Source of the DNA: Macrostomum lignano | Taxonomy: Eukaryota | Assembly (NCBI GenBank): GCA_002269645.1 | Contig: NIVC01004017.1 | Coordinates: 1 to 64,000 of the forward strand | Direction of reading: 5' to 3' | DNA: 64,000 bases | Part shown: piece after piece, positions 1 to 12,099 of the stretch | How the letters are laid out: the number at the start of each line of letters is the position of its first letter | Position numbering within the stretch: position 1 is the first letter of the stretch | The notes under the pieces: generated by a model | The model's database searches: none | What the model was told of the DNA's origin: nothing | The model's input: only the letters and a program-made list of their open reading frames with translations | Made by a program: the position numbers and the translations under genes

Positions 1-30
1 TCAGAAAACACAAGCAGCCACATCGCTCAC

Positions 31-676
31 CGATATTTGTCTTCTAACCCAGCAGCGCAGAGCAGCACCAGGCCAACTTTGAAGCTGAGCACACGGAGTC
101 TACCGCTTCTCACGTGATCGTAGACGTTGAGCAGCCAATTCAAGCTCAGGTCGATAGTCTGGGCTTGTAGGCCGGCATCAGCACTACTGCCGCTGCTGCC
201 GCCTCGCCACCGCGTGTGCGACATCTGGCAAACAGCCAGCTAGACAGCTGGTCATCTGGGACACGTCAATGAGTCGATCTCCGGCAGCCGCGGTGCCAAT
301 GCCGTGATCTCTGAACACCTCAGCGCGGAGCCTAGCGACACCAGATCCAAGTACAGGGCCCGCGTAGTCTGCGTAGCTTAGCGGCGGTCCGGTAAGCCGC
401 ATACCGGATATAGTTCAGCTCCGTGAGGCTCTGCATCAGCTCGGCCATGATCGGATGATCCCAGCTGGTTTCTCGGGTGTCGGCATTGCGATAATAGGGA
501 AGCTGACTACGTTAGGATGAAGCATTCGTTGCCAAGGAGGTCGGACGCTGTTAGATACGGCTGGATGAGCTGTCTGTTGATGCTGCTGTTGCTGTTGCTG
601 TTGTACAGAATGCACAGAGCCTGTCATGGAAGCGTAGGATGCAGTCATGACATTGGGAACTAAAGACTGTCTTTGC

Positions 677-707
<31 letters not shown>

Positions 708-1310
708 GCTGTTGTTGTTGTTGTTGTTGTTGTTGTTGCTGTTGCTCTCGAAGATTAGCCAACAGACCGCACCGATGTTCAATAGCCGATCGCATGCTCA
801 TAACCTGCTGTCTAATATAGTTTAATCTGCTGGCTAAATCGTGATTGAGAACCACTCGAGCCTCTGACAGTTGCTGAGACTGACGCTCCAGACTGGCTGA
901 CAGGCGGGTCAGGGGCTCCAGGGTGCCGCTCAGGAACTCCTGCAGCCTGGCGGGCTCTGAGGCGCACTGGGCTGGGGTCAGCGAGTCCACAGAGGACCAG
1001 GCCGCCACTTCACGTTGGGCCGCTGCAGCGGCCGACTCTGCCTGAGCCGCCGTGTCCTCCAGAGCTGCCAGGCCGTGCAGGGCGAGCCGGAGCGACTCCG
1101 AGTGCGAGTCGATTCGCGATTCGAGCTCGCGGAATCGGCGATCGAGCTGGCCGATGGACCGGTTGAGCCGGTTGTCAAGGAAGCCAGTCTGCTGCTGCTG
1201 CTCGGCGTCAGCTAGGACGGAATCGAGCTCAGGACGTCGGGAGCGAAGTTCGCTGGCGAGGCGTTCGAGCTCGGGTGTCTGCTCGGATCGAACTGACTCG
1301 GCGTCGCCGC
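31..1310 (-). CDS. DMD: Dystrophin exon: R23-R24, polyQ hinge, WW domain and EF-hand 1; at least 4 frameshifts
   Basis: Acceptor CTTCTCCAG| at 1311 (phase 1), donor CG|GTGAGC at 30 (phase 2). The main frame stops at 436, but WW/EF homology continues in shifted frames ([46 protein letters not shown]; ALYLDL; VFRDHG; [13 protein letters not shown]). Confidence 0.93.
673..744 (-). repeat. Coding CAA/CAG tract (24 Gln)
   Basis: 72 nt of (GTT/GCT)n on plus, in frame between R24 and WW. Confidence 0.95.
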
Positions 1311-1339
1311 CTGGAGAAGTGGGGAGTTTTAATTGAGTT

Positions 1340-1995
1340 CGATCCCAAGCTGAGATCCCCGATTCATTCATTCCCAATTAACTGATCCCCAAGCTGAGAT
1401 CCCCGATTCATTCATTCCCAATTAACTGATCCCCAAGCTGAGATCCCCGATTCGCTGATCCCCAAGCTGAAATCCCGATTCTCTGGTCCCCAAGCTGAGA
1501 TCCCCGATTCAATCATTCCCAATTAACTGGTCCCCAAGCTGAGATCCCCGATTCTCTGATCCCCAAAGCTGAGATCTCCGATTCTCTGACGCCCCAAGCT
1601 GAGATCCCCGATTCTATGATTCCCCAAGCTGAGATCCCCGATTCTCTGGTCCCCAAGCTGAGATCCCCGATTCTATGATCCCCCAAGCTGAGATCCCCGA
1701 TTCTCTGATCCCAAAGCTGAGATCTCCGATTCTCTGACGCCCCAAGCTGAGATCCCCGATTCTATGATCCCCCAAGCTGAGATCCCCGATTCTCTGGTCC
1801 CAAGCTGAGATCCCCGATTCATTCATTTCCAATTAACTGATCCCAAGCTGAGATCCCCGATTCTCTGATCCCCAAAGCTGAGATCTCCGATTCTCTGACC
1901 CCCAAGCTGAGATCCCCGATTTTCAGATTGTCAAGTTGAGATCCTTCAACTCTCAGATCCCCAAGGTGAGATTCCCCAACTCTCAGATCCCCAGT
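1340..1995. repeat. 29-bp minisatellite filling intron 1311-2007
   Basis: Unit CCCCAAGCTGAGATCCCCGATTCTCTGAT. Confidence 0.95.
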
Positions 1996-2007
1996 CTAAA
2001 ATCTCAC

Positions 2008-2290
2008 CAAGCAGGAGCTGCTGCTGCCGCAACGCAGCCTCCGCCGTGGCCAGCCAGTCCACCAGCGACTTGACTCGAACTTGCAGCGCCTGCGACTGGC
2101 TTCGCCGACTCCGCCTACTGTGCTGACGCCGGCGAAGATCCTGACGGAGCGGCGTGGCGCGCTGCTGGGCCAGCTGGGTCCACCGGTGCAGCAGGCTGGC
2201 GGCCCGGTTGCACACCGGCTGCTGGTGCTGATGATGGGCGGCCAGCAGCTGCAGCTCGGCGGTGGCCAACTCGCATTCAGAGTCGAAGTC
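2008..2290 (-). CDS. DMD: Dystrophin exon (spectrin repeats about R21-22)
   Basis: TCTCACAG|GAC TTC at 2291; CTT G|GTGAGA at 2007; phases 0/1; 'VKSLVDWLATAEAAL'. Confidence 0.88.
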
Positions 2291-2305
2291 CTGTGAGATA
2301 GAGTA

Positions 2306-2315
2306 GTGGGTGTAC

Positions 2316-2375
<60 letters not shown>

Positions 2376-2455
2376 CAGTAGTAGTAATAGTAGTAGTATT
2401 AATATTAGTACTTAGTAGTAGTAGTAGTAGTAGTATTAGTATTAGTATTAGTACT

Positions 2456-2512
<57 letters not shown>

Positions 2513-2555
2513 CAGTAGTAGTAATAGTAGTAGTATTAGTATTAGTACTAGTACT

Positions 2556-2599
<44 letters not shown>

Positions 2600-2620
2600 T
2601 AGTAGTAGCAGTAGTAGTAT
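2306..2620. repeat. (TAG)n microsatellite
   Basis: Fills most of intron 2291-2669. Confidence 0.95.
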
Positions 2621-2669
2621 CAAAAAGAACAATAGAGCAGCACTACAGCACAGGTACAAAATGTCTCAC

Positions 2670-3319
2670 CTTCAGCTGACCGGCCAGCCGCCTCTCTTCC
2701 TCAGTTAATTCGGCCAGCTCATCAGCTGCGGCGGCGCCAGCATCTTCATTCTCTTCATCGTCGGCAACGCCGCTAGAAGACGTCGCCAGTGAATCTTCCC
2801 TTAGCGGCGTCAACGGTAGCGAGACCTCCCAGTGCCGGAGTCGAGCCTCGGACTTATCCAGCCTGCCGATCGCTTCCATGGAGATTGGCGGCTGAGCGGT
2901 GCCGCCGCCGACAACTCGCTCCCGAGACGACTGACGAACCGGCGGAGTTGGCGGCGCGTCGGGCCGGCGATGAGGCGGAGGCTTCGGTGGCAGCTTCGGC
3001 TGCTGCTGCTGCTGACGCTTCCGCTCCGCCAGACGCAGTCGGGCCTGCCTAAGCCGGTCCAGACGCTCCCGCATCGGTTCCGTGTTCTCTTTCGAATGCT
3101 TGACGCACAGCTGGGCACCTGAGTCGATGGCGGCACCCAGCTGGCTGTCCAGATCGTCCAGTCCAGTTGCTGAATCCGGCGACAGGCACTCCAGCAGCGA
3201 CTCCAGGTGCTGGCAGTTCTGCTCCCATTGCCGGAGCTCGATGGCGGTCTCTTCCATGGCAATGCGCCGCTGGTGCAGACCCGACTCCGCCGCCTCCCAG
3301 CTGGACACTACGCTGGAGA
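2670..3319 (-). CDS. DMD: Dystrophin exon (about R20-21 with Pro-rich insert)
   Basis: CCTACAG|TC at 3320 (phase 1); AAG|GTGAGA at 2669; 'SSWEAAESGLHQRRIAMEE'. Confidence 0.9.
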
Positions 3320-6046
3320 CTGTAGGATTGGCAGAGTGATAGGACTGAATCACACTACTGTACTGAGTAGTAGTAGTTTAGAGGGCATGCGCGGCCGGTG
3401 GGTTGTCCTGAGATTTACACCCATGAAGGCCAACCCCCTGACGGCGCAGAGAGTGTACATGCCTGCGTACAGTATTAGCGCGCTTCTATATTGAAGTTAT
3501 TTTCAAGCGCATTCCCGATGCTTAATTTCAAGATTCCGTGAGCCAATTAACAAGTGTAGCTGCATTTGGAACAGAAATTATTAAACAGAATTGGAACTAC
3601 AGAGAGCAGTAGTAGATAAGCTATAGACCAGCAAAACTGGTCAAGTGAATCCAACAACCAAACTCAATTACTTAATTCTCTATCTCCTCCCTAGCTACAG
3701 ACCAACTGCTACACCTCAAGCTCTAGTGAAATATGAGACAGATAGCTCCAGAAGAGAATACCAACCGGATTGCCATTCTGTCCTGGTCCGTGTGTCTTTA
3801 CTCTATTCCCAATGGGGATCGAGAGAGTAATGGAGAGCGCTATAGACCGATCCAGTGAGCGAGGGGCGGGGAGTAGTAAGCTCGCGGAAAGCTCGGCGTC
3901 AGGAGAAAGATGCGACGAGTTGATTAAATTTTATTTCCTGCTTCGCAAAACGAAATCCGCCTCCGCATGCAGCTTCCCACGCATGGCAGTTTCTTATCTA
4001 TGATCTCACTTTTATTATGCTTTCTTATTTTTTGCAAGATACTATAAGGGCGTGTTTTTGTCCAGCGCGACTAAGCTTTCGATACATATCGACGACACTA
4101 GATAATTTTCATAGACAGATAATAAAAGTCTTCTAATGTTTCTTTTGGCAAGCTCAAAATACCCGAATCAAGCAAAGATGCCAAGAATTTACGCGAGGAA
4201 TGAAAAACTCACCAAGGTCAAAAACAATGTCTTAGAAACGTTTATCGCACAACTGGTCGCACAAATTCGCATTTTTTTGTTGAATAATGCGAAACTAAAA
4301 AAAGACCAACAAGCCAATTTTTAGCAGGCGCGAGTTTGGACTACATTTTTTTCTATTTCAATTTTGTTGAAGAGACTTAATTATATTTAAGTTATTCATA
4401 AGGCTTTTTTTACTGAGTTTAAGTCTTGTGCGCAAGCCTTTCCGCCGATCTTGTACCTGGGGTCCGTCTCCTCTCTCTATCTCTCTCTCTCTCTATTTCC
4501 CTGTCTATCTCGCGCCTCACTCATCTCCAACCGCACAAACACCGCGCTTCTCCTGAAGCAGCCAGTAGCGTCGGCATCAGCATCATGCTCTTCCCCAGCC
4601 AGTCCTGTCGCCGTCTTCCCCTTCTCCCTCCCTCTCCCTTTCCTTTCTTCGATGCCTTCCTTTCCATCGCCGAGGATGGGGGTTAAACCAGAGCACCCTC
4701 TCCTCCCATTTTTTTCTAACACCGTCTATGCGCATGAGAAGAAAAACGAGCAAAAAGAGGCTGAGGGGGGATAGGAAAAACCCTTAAGCTCCATCAACCC
4801 CCTGCCACCCCCATCCTTTCGTAGTTTCCACAACGCATCTCTGCTCTGGCGGCAGCGAAGGAAAAGAGAGGAACAGTGAGAGAGATGATAAAACCTAGCC
4901 AGCCAGCTTTATATTTTCCAAATTCTCTCGCTCTGTCTTCTAACTCAAGAGGGGGACTTGAGAAACGAAAAAACACAGCATATAGAAGAGAGGGATGTTA
5001 AAAAAATTGGAATCAGAGAAAGTTGAATCCTTCAGAAGTCCACCCTGAGCCGCCTTAGAGAGCGACTTTTTTCTCTCGCCTTTCAAATGCCATAACATCA
5101 TCTCATCCTGTCAGCTGTGAAGTCAAGACAAAAAAATAAGTCAAGACGGGGACTTTTGACACGGGAAAAAGCTCTTAAGACCTTCTTTGTTACTTTTGGT
5201 CGATCCGATTTGGTTCAACTCCGGTTGTCTGTTTCAATTCTAGAATTCCAGATTTTATAGAGATTTTTTGCGAAATGAAACAAGAGACGCAAGACAGAAA
5301 AGCTAATCAAATTAATAAACAGCAATGACCTGTTATTAAAAGGAAACAGAAACGTGACAGCCGCCAAATACGAAAGGACCCAGGATTTTTTATCATCAAT
5401 GAAATAAGAACGTTGGCATAAGGAAACAATTACAACTGCAGAACAGACTATCCACCGTGTGTGGGCAAGAGGCCCGAGAATGAAGATGAAAAATGGAAAC
5501 AATCACAGGGCACAACAGAGCATGACGGCCTGCTTTAAATACGGAACTACAACTCCGAAAAGGTGTAAAATATGAGGCCTAAAACTCTACAAATAATTTG
5601 ACGAGGGTCAAAGCAGCTGGCCACAACCCCGTCAAGTAAGTTATTAAATATTCATGCAGCAGAGGCGACGCTTGGACCAGCATGCATGCGCCAACCGGGC
5701 CAGATATTTATTTGGGCCCCCGAGGATCATGTCACGAACTTAAAGACGATCTTTAACGCCTTGTGTGCAAGATAGAAGAAATATCCCATACAGACTGCTG
5801 CAAGGATCATATCGGCACTGAGGCAAACTCACCAATATAACTGCGACGTTCCGTGAGGCAAGGAAGCTTTTAAGAGAAAAAAAGTTCTTCCCCTCCCTCT
5901 TTCTCTCTATCTCTGAAGTTGAAGGCCAGTCAAGTGTACGAAATTGCTTTCCACAACGTGAGGCCCATGGAGTCCCGTCTAGAGCCCACTTCCAGTTCAC
6001 TTATTATTAATCACTTCTTGCATACCGCTGGGATTGCACAGCTTAC

Positions 6047-6119
6047 ACTGGTCACACAGAGTCTTACACTTGTATTGCATAGGCTTCACTGTTTGAACCA
6101 TCGCTTGGCTACATCCCAT
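6047..6119 (-). CDS. Candidate alternative first coding exon, MGCSQAMVQTVKPMQYK(CKTLCDQ)
   Basis: ATG at 6119 directly after an in-frame TAG; two donors (T|GTAAGA after 6068, T|GTAAGC after 6047), both phase 1. Confidence 0.45.
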
Positions 6120-6582
6120 CTACGAGTACTATGCAGCAAGCAGAACTCTTGAAAACTTTAAAAAAAAACTTCGGACCGACCCGGGCATAACAAAGACTAA
6201 CATATCGTGATTCGTGACAGAAGACCTTGCTTAACCATCAATTATCAGGGAGCAAAACAAGCAATATTAATTAATATTTTTTACTAATAGAACATAATTT
6301 TTACACCTTTCTCTACGTAATTGGAATTCGTTACAGCAGCAGAATCTCACATCTGATCTAGAACGATCCGACTTAGAAAATGACAGCAGAACTTTTTCCT
6401 CAAAAATATTGACGCATATAAAGCTACTACTAACGAGTAACCAAACTAGAATATTAGTTTTATCCCAAGAGTAATGAAAGATGAAGATCTGATTTTTTTC
6501 TTGCAAAATATGGCTTGACAAAATTCGTAGAACTTAGTCTATCTTGCAAATCATAGTGGCTAAAGACACGCCTTGAACTCAC

Positions 6583-7228
6583 CACGGTTCGCATCATTAA
6601 CAATAGGAAATTCAGCACTTTTTTCTTCATCATCAATAAACGGCCTACGCGAACAAGGCCGACATTCTTCTGAGCAAGATGAGGCCGCAAAAATTGCCGC
6701 GCTAGTGGCGTCAGTAGCCTGACGCATTAACTTCTGCTGACGTAGATGCATTCGTTGTTGGCGCAATTTCTCGTCGGGACTGCACATTCTGCCACTCTGT
6801 CTGGCATTCTGCAAGCTGGGTATCTGGAATGCTGGTGCATGCCTACCAGCCGCCTGTACGTTTGTCTCCGATTCTGATCGGCGGAAACGCTTCCCGGACG
6901 GCGGGTTTTTATCAATACCAACAACGCTTGAAGCAGAAGATTCGTCCCAACGACGAGAAAACCAATCGGCTATGCCGGCAGCTATGTGAGCTGATGAAGC
7001 GCCATTTGTTGCGTTATTCGAGTCAGCGGAACTACAGCTTCTACTTCTACCGATGCTACACTTCGAAGATGAAGACTCCGTAGTAGAGTCATTGGATTGC
7101 TCATTTTGATCGGCGTCAGTTTCTGCATCACCGATGTCGCTTTGATCAGAAAACAAACCTAGCGATATAGTTGAGAATGCCTTAGTGGCTCGATAGACTT
7201 GACTCAAAGTTCGCCAGTAGGCAGTCAT
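6583..7228 (-). CDS. Candidate alternative first coding exon of a short dystrophin isoform (215-aa unique N-terminus)
   Basis: CACACCATGA start at 7228, 215 open codons, then CGT G|GTGAGT (phase 1), matching the phase-1 acceptor at 3320. Confidence 0.6.
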
Positions 7229-7481
7229 GGTGTGCAAGCAAGACCGACAGTATCGATAAGGAGAATACAGGCTCTGCGCGCAGCAAATATGTTATTTTCT
7301 TTGCTTACCTTTCTGATTTATTACCTAGGCCAGCTGAGCCTTGGTCCAATAATAAAGAAGCGAGCTAAGTGTATATCTATGCACAGGAGTTCTGTCAGAC
7401 TTGAAACTCTGTGATTGGACGAATCAAATCGTGCCGACAAACCTCTTTCAGCAGGGTGGCTGTATTCGAATATTATACATG

Positions 7482-7494
7482 CTTTTATACCAAT
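7482..7494 (-). promoter_or_regulatory. TATA box (TATAAAAG) with adjacent CCAAT upstream of candidate exon 6583-7228
   Basis: TATAAAAG at 7489-7482; about 230 nt of ATG-free leader follows to ATG 7228. Confidence 0.4.
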
Positions 7495-7674
7495 TTCTAA
7501 TTAAATACATTATTCGAAGCAATGCAGTTTATTCGTCACATATCTACCAAAAATCGTGACGATTTTCATAACGACTCCAAAAAACGACATGGAGACCTTT
7601 TTATAGCATTTCAAGGTGGTTTCTAAATGAATTTTAAAGCGGCTTTAAAGTGATTCTCGTGAAATTTTCCGGGT

Positions 7675-9590
7675 GATTCCCACAGCGACTTTGGAGAGAT
7701 TCTCATAAAATTTCAGGGTGAATCTCACAGCGACTTTGGAGAGATTCTAATGACATTTCAGGGTGACTCTCACAGCGACTTTGGAGAGATTCTCATGACA
7801 TTTCAGGGTGATTCTCACAGCGACTTTTGAAAGATTCTCATAGCATTTCAGGGTGATTCTCATAGCATTTCAGAGTGATTCTTCTCACAGCGACTTTGGA
7901 GAGATTCTCATGACATTTCAGGGTGATTCTCACAGCGACTTTTGAAAGATTCTCATAGCATTTCAGGGTGATTCTCATAGCATTTCAGAGTGATTCTTCT
8001 CACAGCGACCTTGGAGAGATTCTCATAGCATTTCAGGGTGATTCTCACAGCGACTTTGGAGAGATTTTCATAGCATTTCAGGGTGATTCTCATAGTATTT
8101 CAGGGTGATTCTCATAGCATTTCAGGGTGATTCTTATAGCGACTTTGGAGAGATTCTCGTTAAAATTTCAGGGTGATTCTCACAGCGACCTTGGAGAGAT
8201 TCTCATAGCATTTCAGGGTGATTCTCACAGCGACTTTGGAGAGATTTTCATAGCATTTCAGGGTGATTCTCATAGCATTTCAGGGTGATTCTCATAGCAT
8301 TTCAGGGTGATTCTTATAGCGACTTTGGAGAGATTCTCGTTAAAATTTGAGGGTGATTCTCACAGCGACTTTGGAGAGATTCTCATAGCATTTCAGGGTG
8401 ATTCTCACAGCGACTTTGGAGAGATTCTCATAGCATTTCAGGGTGATTCTCATAGCATTTCAGGGTGATTCTTATAGCGACTTTGGAGAGATTCTCGTTA
8501 AAATTTCAGGGTGATTCTCACAGCGACCTTGGAGAGATTCTCATAGCATTTCAGGGTGATTCTCACAGCGACTTTTGAAAGATTCTCATGATATTTCAGG
8601 GTGATTCTCACAGTGAATTTGGAGTGTTTCTCATTACCTTTCAGGGTGACTCTCACAGCGACTTTGGAGAGATTCTCATAGCATTTCAGGGTGATTCTCA
8701 TAGCATTTCAGGTGATTCTTCTCACAGCGACTTTGGAGAGATTTTCATGACATTTCAGGGTGACTCTCACAGCGACTTTGGAGAGATTTTCATGACATTT
8801 CAGGGTGACTCTCACAGCGACTTTGGAGAGATTCTCATGACATTTCAGGGTGACTCTCACAGCGACTTTGGAGAGATTCTCATAACATTTCAGGGTGACT
8901 CTCACAGCGACTTTGGAGAGATTTTCATGACATTTCAGGGTGACTCTCACAGCGACTTTGGAGAGATTTTCATGACATTTCAGGGTGACTCTCACAGCGA
9001 CTTTGGAGAGATTCTCATAGCATTTCAGGGTGACTCTCACAGCGACTTTGGAGAGATTTTCATGACATTTCAGGGTGACTCTCACAGCGACTTTGGAGAG
9101 ATTTTCATGACATTTCAGGGTGACTCTCACAGCGACTTTGGAGAGATTCTCATAGCATTTCAGAGTGACTCTCACAGCGACTTTGGAGAGATTCTCATGA
9201 CATTTCAGGGTGACTCTCACAGCGACTTTGGAGAGATTCTCATGACATTTCAGGGTGACTCTCACAGCGACTTTGGAGAGATTCTCATAACATTTCAGGG
9301 TGACTCTCACAGCGACTTTGGAGAGATTCTCATAACATTTCAGGGTGACTCTCACAGCGACTTTGGAGAGATTCTCATGACATTTCAGGGTGACTCTCAC
9401 AGCGACTTTGGAGAGATTCTCATAACATTTCAGGGTGACTCTCACAGCGACTTTGGAGAGATTCTCATAGCATTTCAGAGTGATTTTCATAGCGACGTTG
9501 GAGAGATTCTCGTAAAAATTTCTGGGTGATTCTCACAGCGACTTTGGAGAGATTCTCATAGCATTTCAGGGTGATTCTCATAGCGACTTT
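7675..9590. repeat. 45-bp minisatellite
   Basis: Unit CAGGGTGACTCTCACAGCGACTTTGGAGAGATTCTCATGACATTT. Confidence 0.95.
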
Positions 9591-10139
9591 AAGGCGATTC
9601 TCGAGGAGAATTTATCGATTCATTGATACTTTTTTCTCTTTAAAGCCATTGTAACAAAGCTAGCTTGTTGGAGAAATATGATGCAAAAAAACTGATTGAT
9701 ACAATCAGAGCTTCTCAGCAGCAGCTACACAAGCCTGTTGATATCAGCTTTCCACATGTGACGCATATAAGCTTTATAAACAGGCAGTTAGCAGATCCTG
9801 CCGCATTGACTCGAACGCTCTCGTGTTCCAGCCTTATAATAATCAGTGTCGTGCAAACAAAACAGATTGAAACGTGTCAAATTAGCTTCTAGAGATACAC
9901 CTGCGTGAAAGTACAATAGCTGCTAGTTAAATCCAGCGTTTAATTTGTACTCGGGACAGAAAACACAGCAGAAACTTTTGCAATGGGAATTATTGATACT
10001 AGCCACTACTAAGAACTGAGACTAATAGATTCAGATGTTTGTCTCTATCAGCCACTCTTGTCTATCAGTGTTTGTGGTCTGTCTATCTTTTGTGTCTACG
10101 TGACTTAGTCACTGACCCTCCGTCTGTTTGGACTGCCTT

Positions 10140-10183
10140 ATAGTGTCTGCCTGCCTGTCTGTCTGCCTGTCTGTCTGTCTGCC

Positions 10184-10220
<37 letters not shown>

Positions 10221-10251
10221 GCCTGCCTGTCTGTCTGCCTGTCTGTCTGCC

Positions 10252-10349
<98 letters not shown>

Positions 10350-10411
10350 AGTGTCTGTCTGTCTGTCTTAGTGTCTGTCTGTCTGTCTTAGTGTCTGTCT
10401 GTCTGTCTTAG

Positions 10412-10472
<61 letters not shown>

Positions 10473-10599
10473 GCCTGTCTGTCTGCCTGCCTGTCTAAGT
10501 GTCTGTCTGTCTGTCTTAGTGTCTGCCTGCCTGTCTAAGTGTCTGTCTGTCTGTCTTAGTGTCTGTCTGTCTGTCTAAGTGTCTGTCTGTCTGTCTTAG

Positions 10600-10636
<37 letters not shown>

Positions 10637-10755
10637 GTCTGTCTGCCTGTCTGTCTATCTGTCTGTCTGCCTCTGTCTGTCTGTCTGTCTGTCTGTCTGC
10701 CTAATTAGTATCTGTCTGTCTGTCTGTCTGCCTTCCTGCCTGCCTGTCTGTCTGT
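10140..10755. repeat. (TCTG)n microsatellite
   Basis: Direct inspection. Confidence 0.95.
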
Positions 10756-11282
10756 CCAACTTCTATGTGCTCTTTTAGTTAAAGTACATGTATGCAAGAA
10801 GAAAAAGCACTACAATACAATTCTTAATCGATATTTTAAGTTATATCGTACTTCATATTTGAGATCTGTGTCATAAGCGAGGAAAAAGGTCCTCCTAGCC
10901 AAAATTGTACTTTGTGCAAGAATTCTACACGGGTAAGGAGCCATTGCACTAATTGCGTAAGATATTCCAAATTAGGAATGTTAATTTAACTTGACACCTA
11001 CTCTGTCGATTTCATCCAGAAAGTGTGTGAGAGAGAGCGAAGGAGGTTAACAGCTAATAACTGAGAGCTGAATTTCTTCTTACAGTAGTTTAATTAAAAA
11101 AGTAATAAGTCACAAAGAAATACAGATATTGATATTATTTCTTTGCATTGACCTGATTACGTACACCACATAAATATAAGCGCAAATTTGTAAAGAATGT
11201 GAATTTGATACTTTATTAATAAGAGAAGCTTTTTTAATTAGATTATTCACTGTGCAACTCTCATATCTACAAGTTTTTTAAA

Positions 11283-11560
11283 AGATTCTCATATGGGATT
11301 CAGGGCGATTCTCATATGAGATTCAGGGCGATTCTCATATGAGATTCAGGGCGATTCTTATATGAGTTTCAGGGCGATTCTCATATGAGATTCAGAGCGA
11401 TTCTCATATGAGATTCAGGACGATTCTCATATGAGATTCAGGGTGATGCTCATGAGATTCAGGGTGATTCTCATATGAGATTCAGGGTGATTCTCATATA
11501 GGATTCAAGGCGATTCTCATATAGGATTCAAGGCGATTCTCATGAGATTCAGGGCGATTT
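11283..11560. repeat. 23-bp minisatellite
   Basis: Unit GAGATTCAGGGCGATTCTCATAT. Confidence 0.92.
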
Positions 11561-11644
11561 TCACAGCGAATCGAAAATCGAATCCTAAAGCATCAAGAAC
11601 CGATTAAAGCGCATTAAGCCCCAAACAAAGACCAATATACTCAC

Positions 11645-11810
11645 CTTGAGTATTGTAAGGAAAATTCTGTTTCCTCCGCAATAGAGTCTTGACTTCACGC
11701 AGACCGTCTCTGCGAGACTCCAGCTCGTTGATGTAGTTCTTCACTTTCACCAGGGCATCGTTCGGGCTTAAGCTGTCCACGCTGGCTATGGACTGACGGG
11801 ACAGGTCTGA
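11645..11810 (-). CDS. DMD: Dystrophin exon (about R20 helix B)
   Basis: TGTTCCAG|TCA at 11811; CAA G|GTGAGT at 11644; open 55 codons 'VKVKNYINELESRRDGLREV'; phases 0/1 fit neighbours. Confidence 0.85.
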
Positions 11811-12099
11811 CTGGAACAGTGAGATTGAGTTTTAGCGTGTTCTTTCTGCACTACTTATTTAAGGCGATTGAGTAGAAATTAGGGTTTTTTAGAACTTTTT
11901 TCTACAGATGCATACAGCAGGAAAAGGTTCAGTGGTTTTTGAGTGACATTTAGTGAACTCAAAAGAACATATTCTAGTGATCACAGATGGTAAACTCATT
12001 CACTTTACACACCGTGTGAACTCAAGTGAATCATTTTTTTACAGGCGTGGTAACTACCAGTATGAATTTAGAATAGATCAATTTTCTTTTTGGATTCAA

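Noticed and set aside
503-510. 8-nt GTAGTCAG 'intron' that would restore the WW frame
   Set aside because: Far below the minimum spliceosomal intron length; a 1-nt deletion explains it more simply.
4515-4590. Possible first exon ATG A|GTGAGG (phase 1) with an upstream MMLMPTLL uORF
   Set aside because: Only 4 coding nt, competing upstream ATGs and no clear promoter; insufficient support.
5740-6000. ORF ending at a GTGAGT donor at 5832
   Set aside because: Donor is phase 0 while the next acceptor needs phase 1; no ATG-initiated frame fits.
8498-9529. FQGDSHSDFGEILMT and antisense repeat ORFs
   Set aside because: Translations of the 45-bp array.
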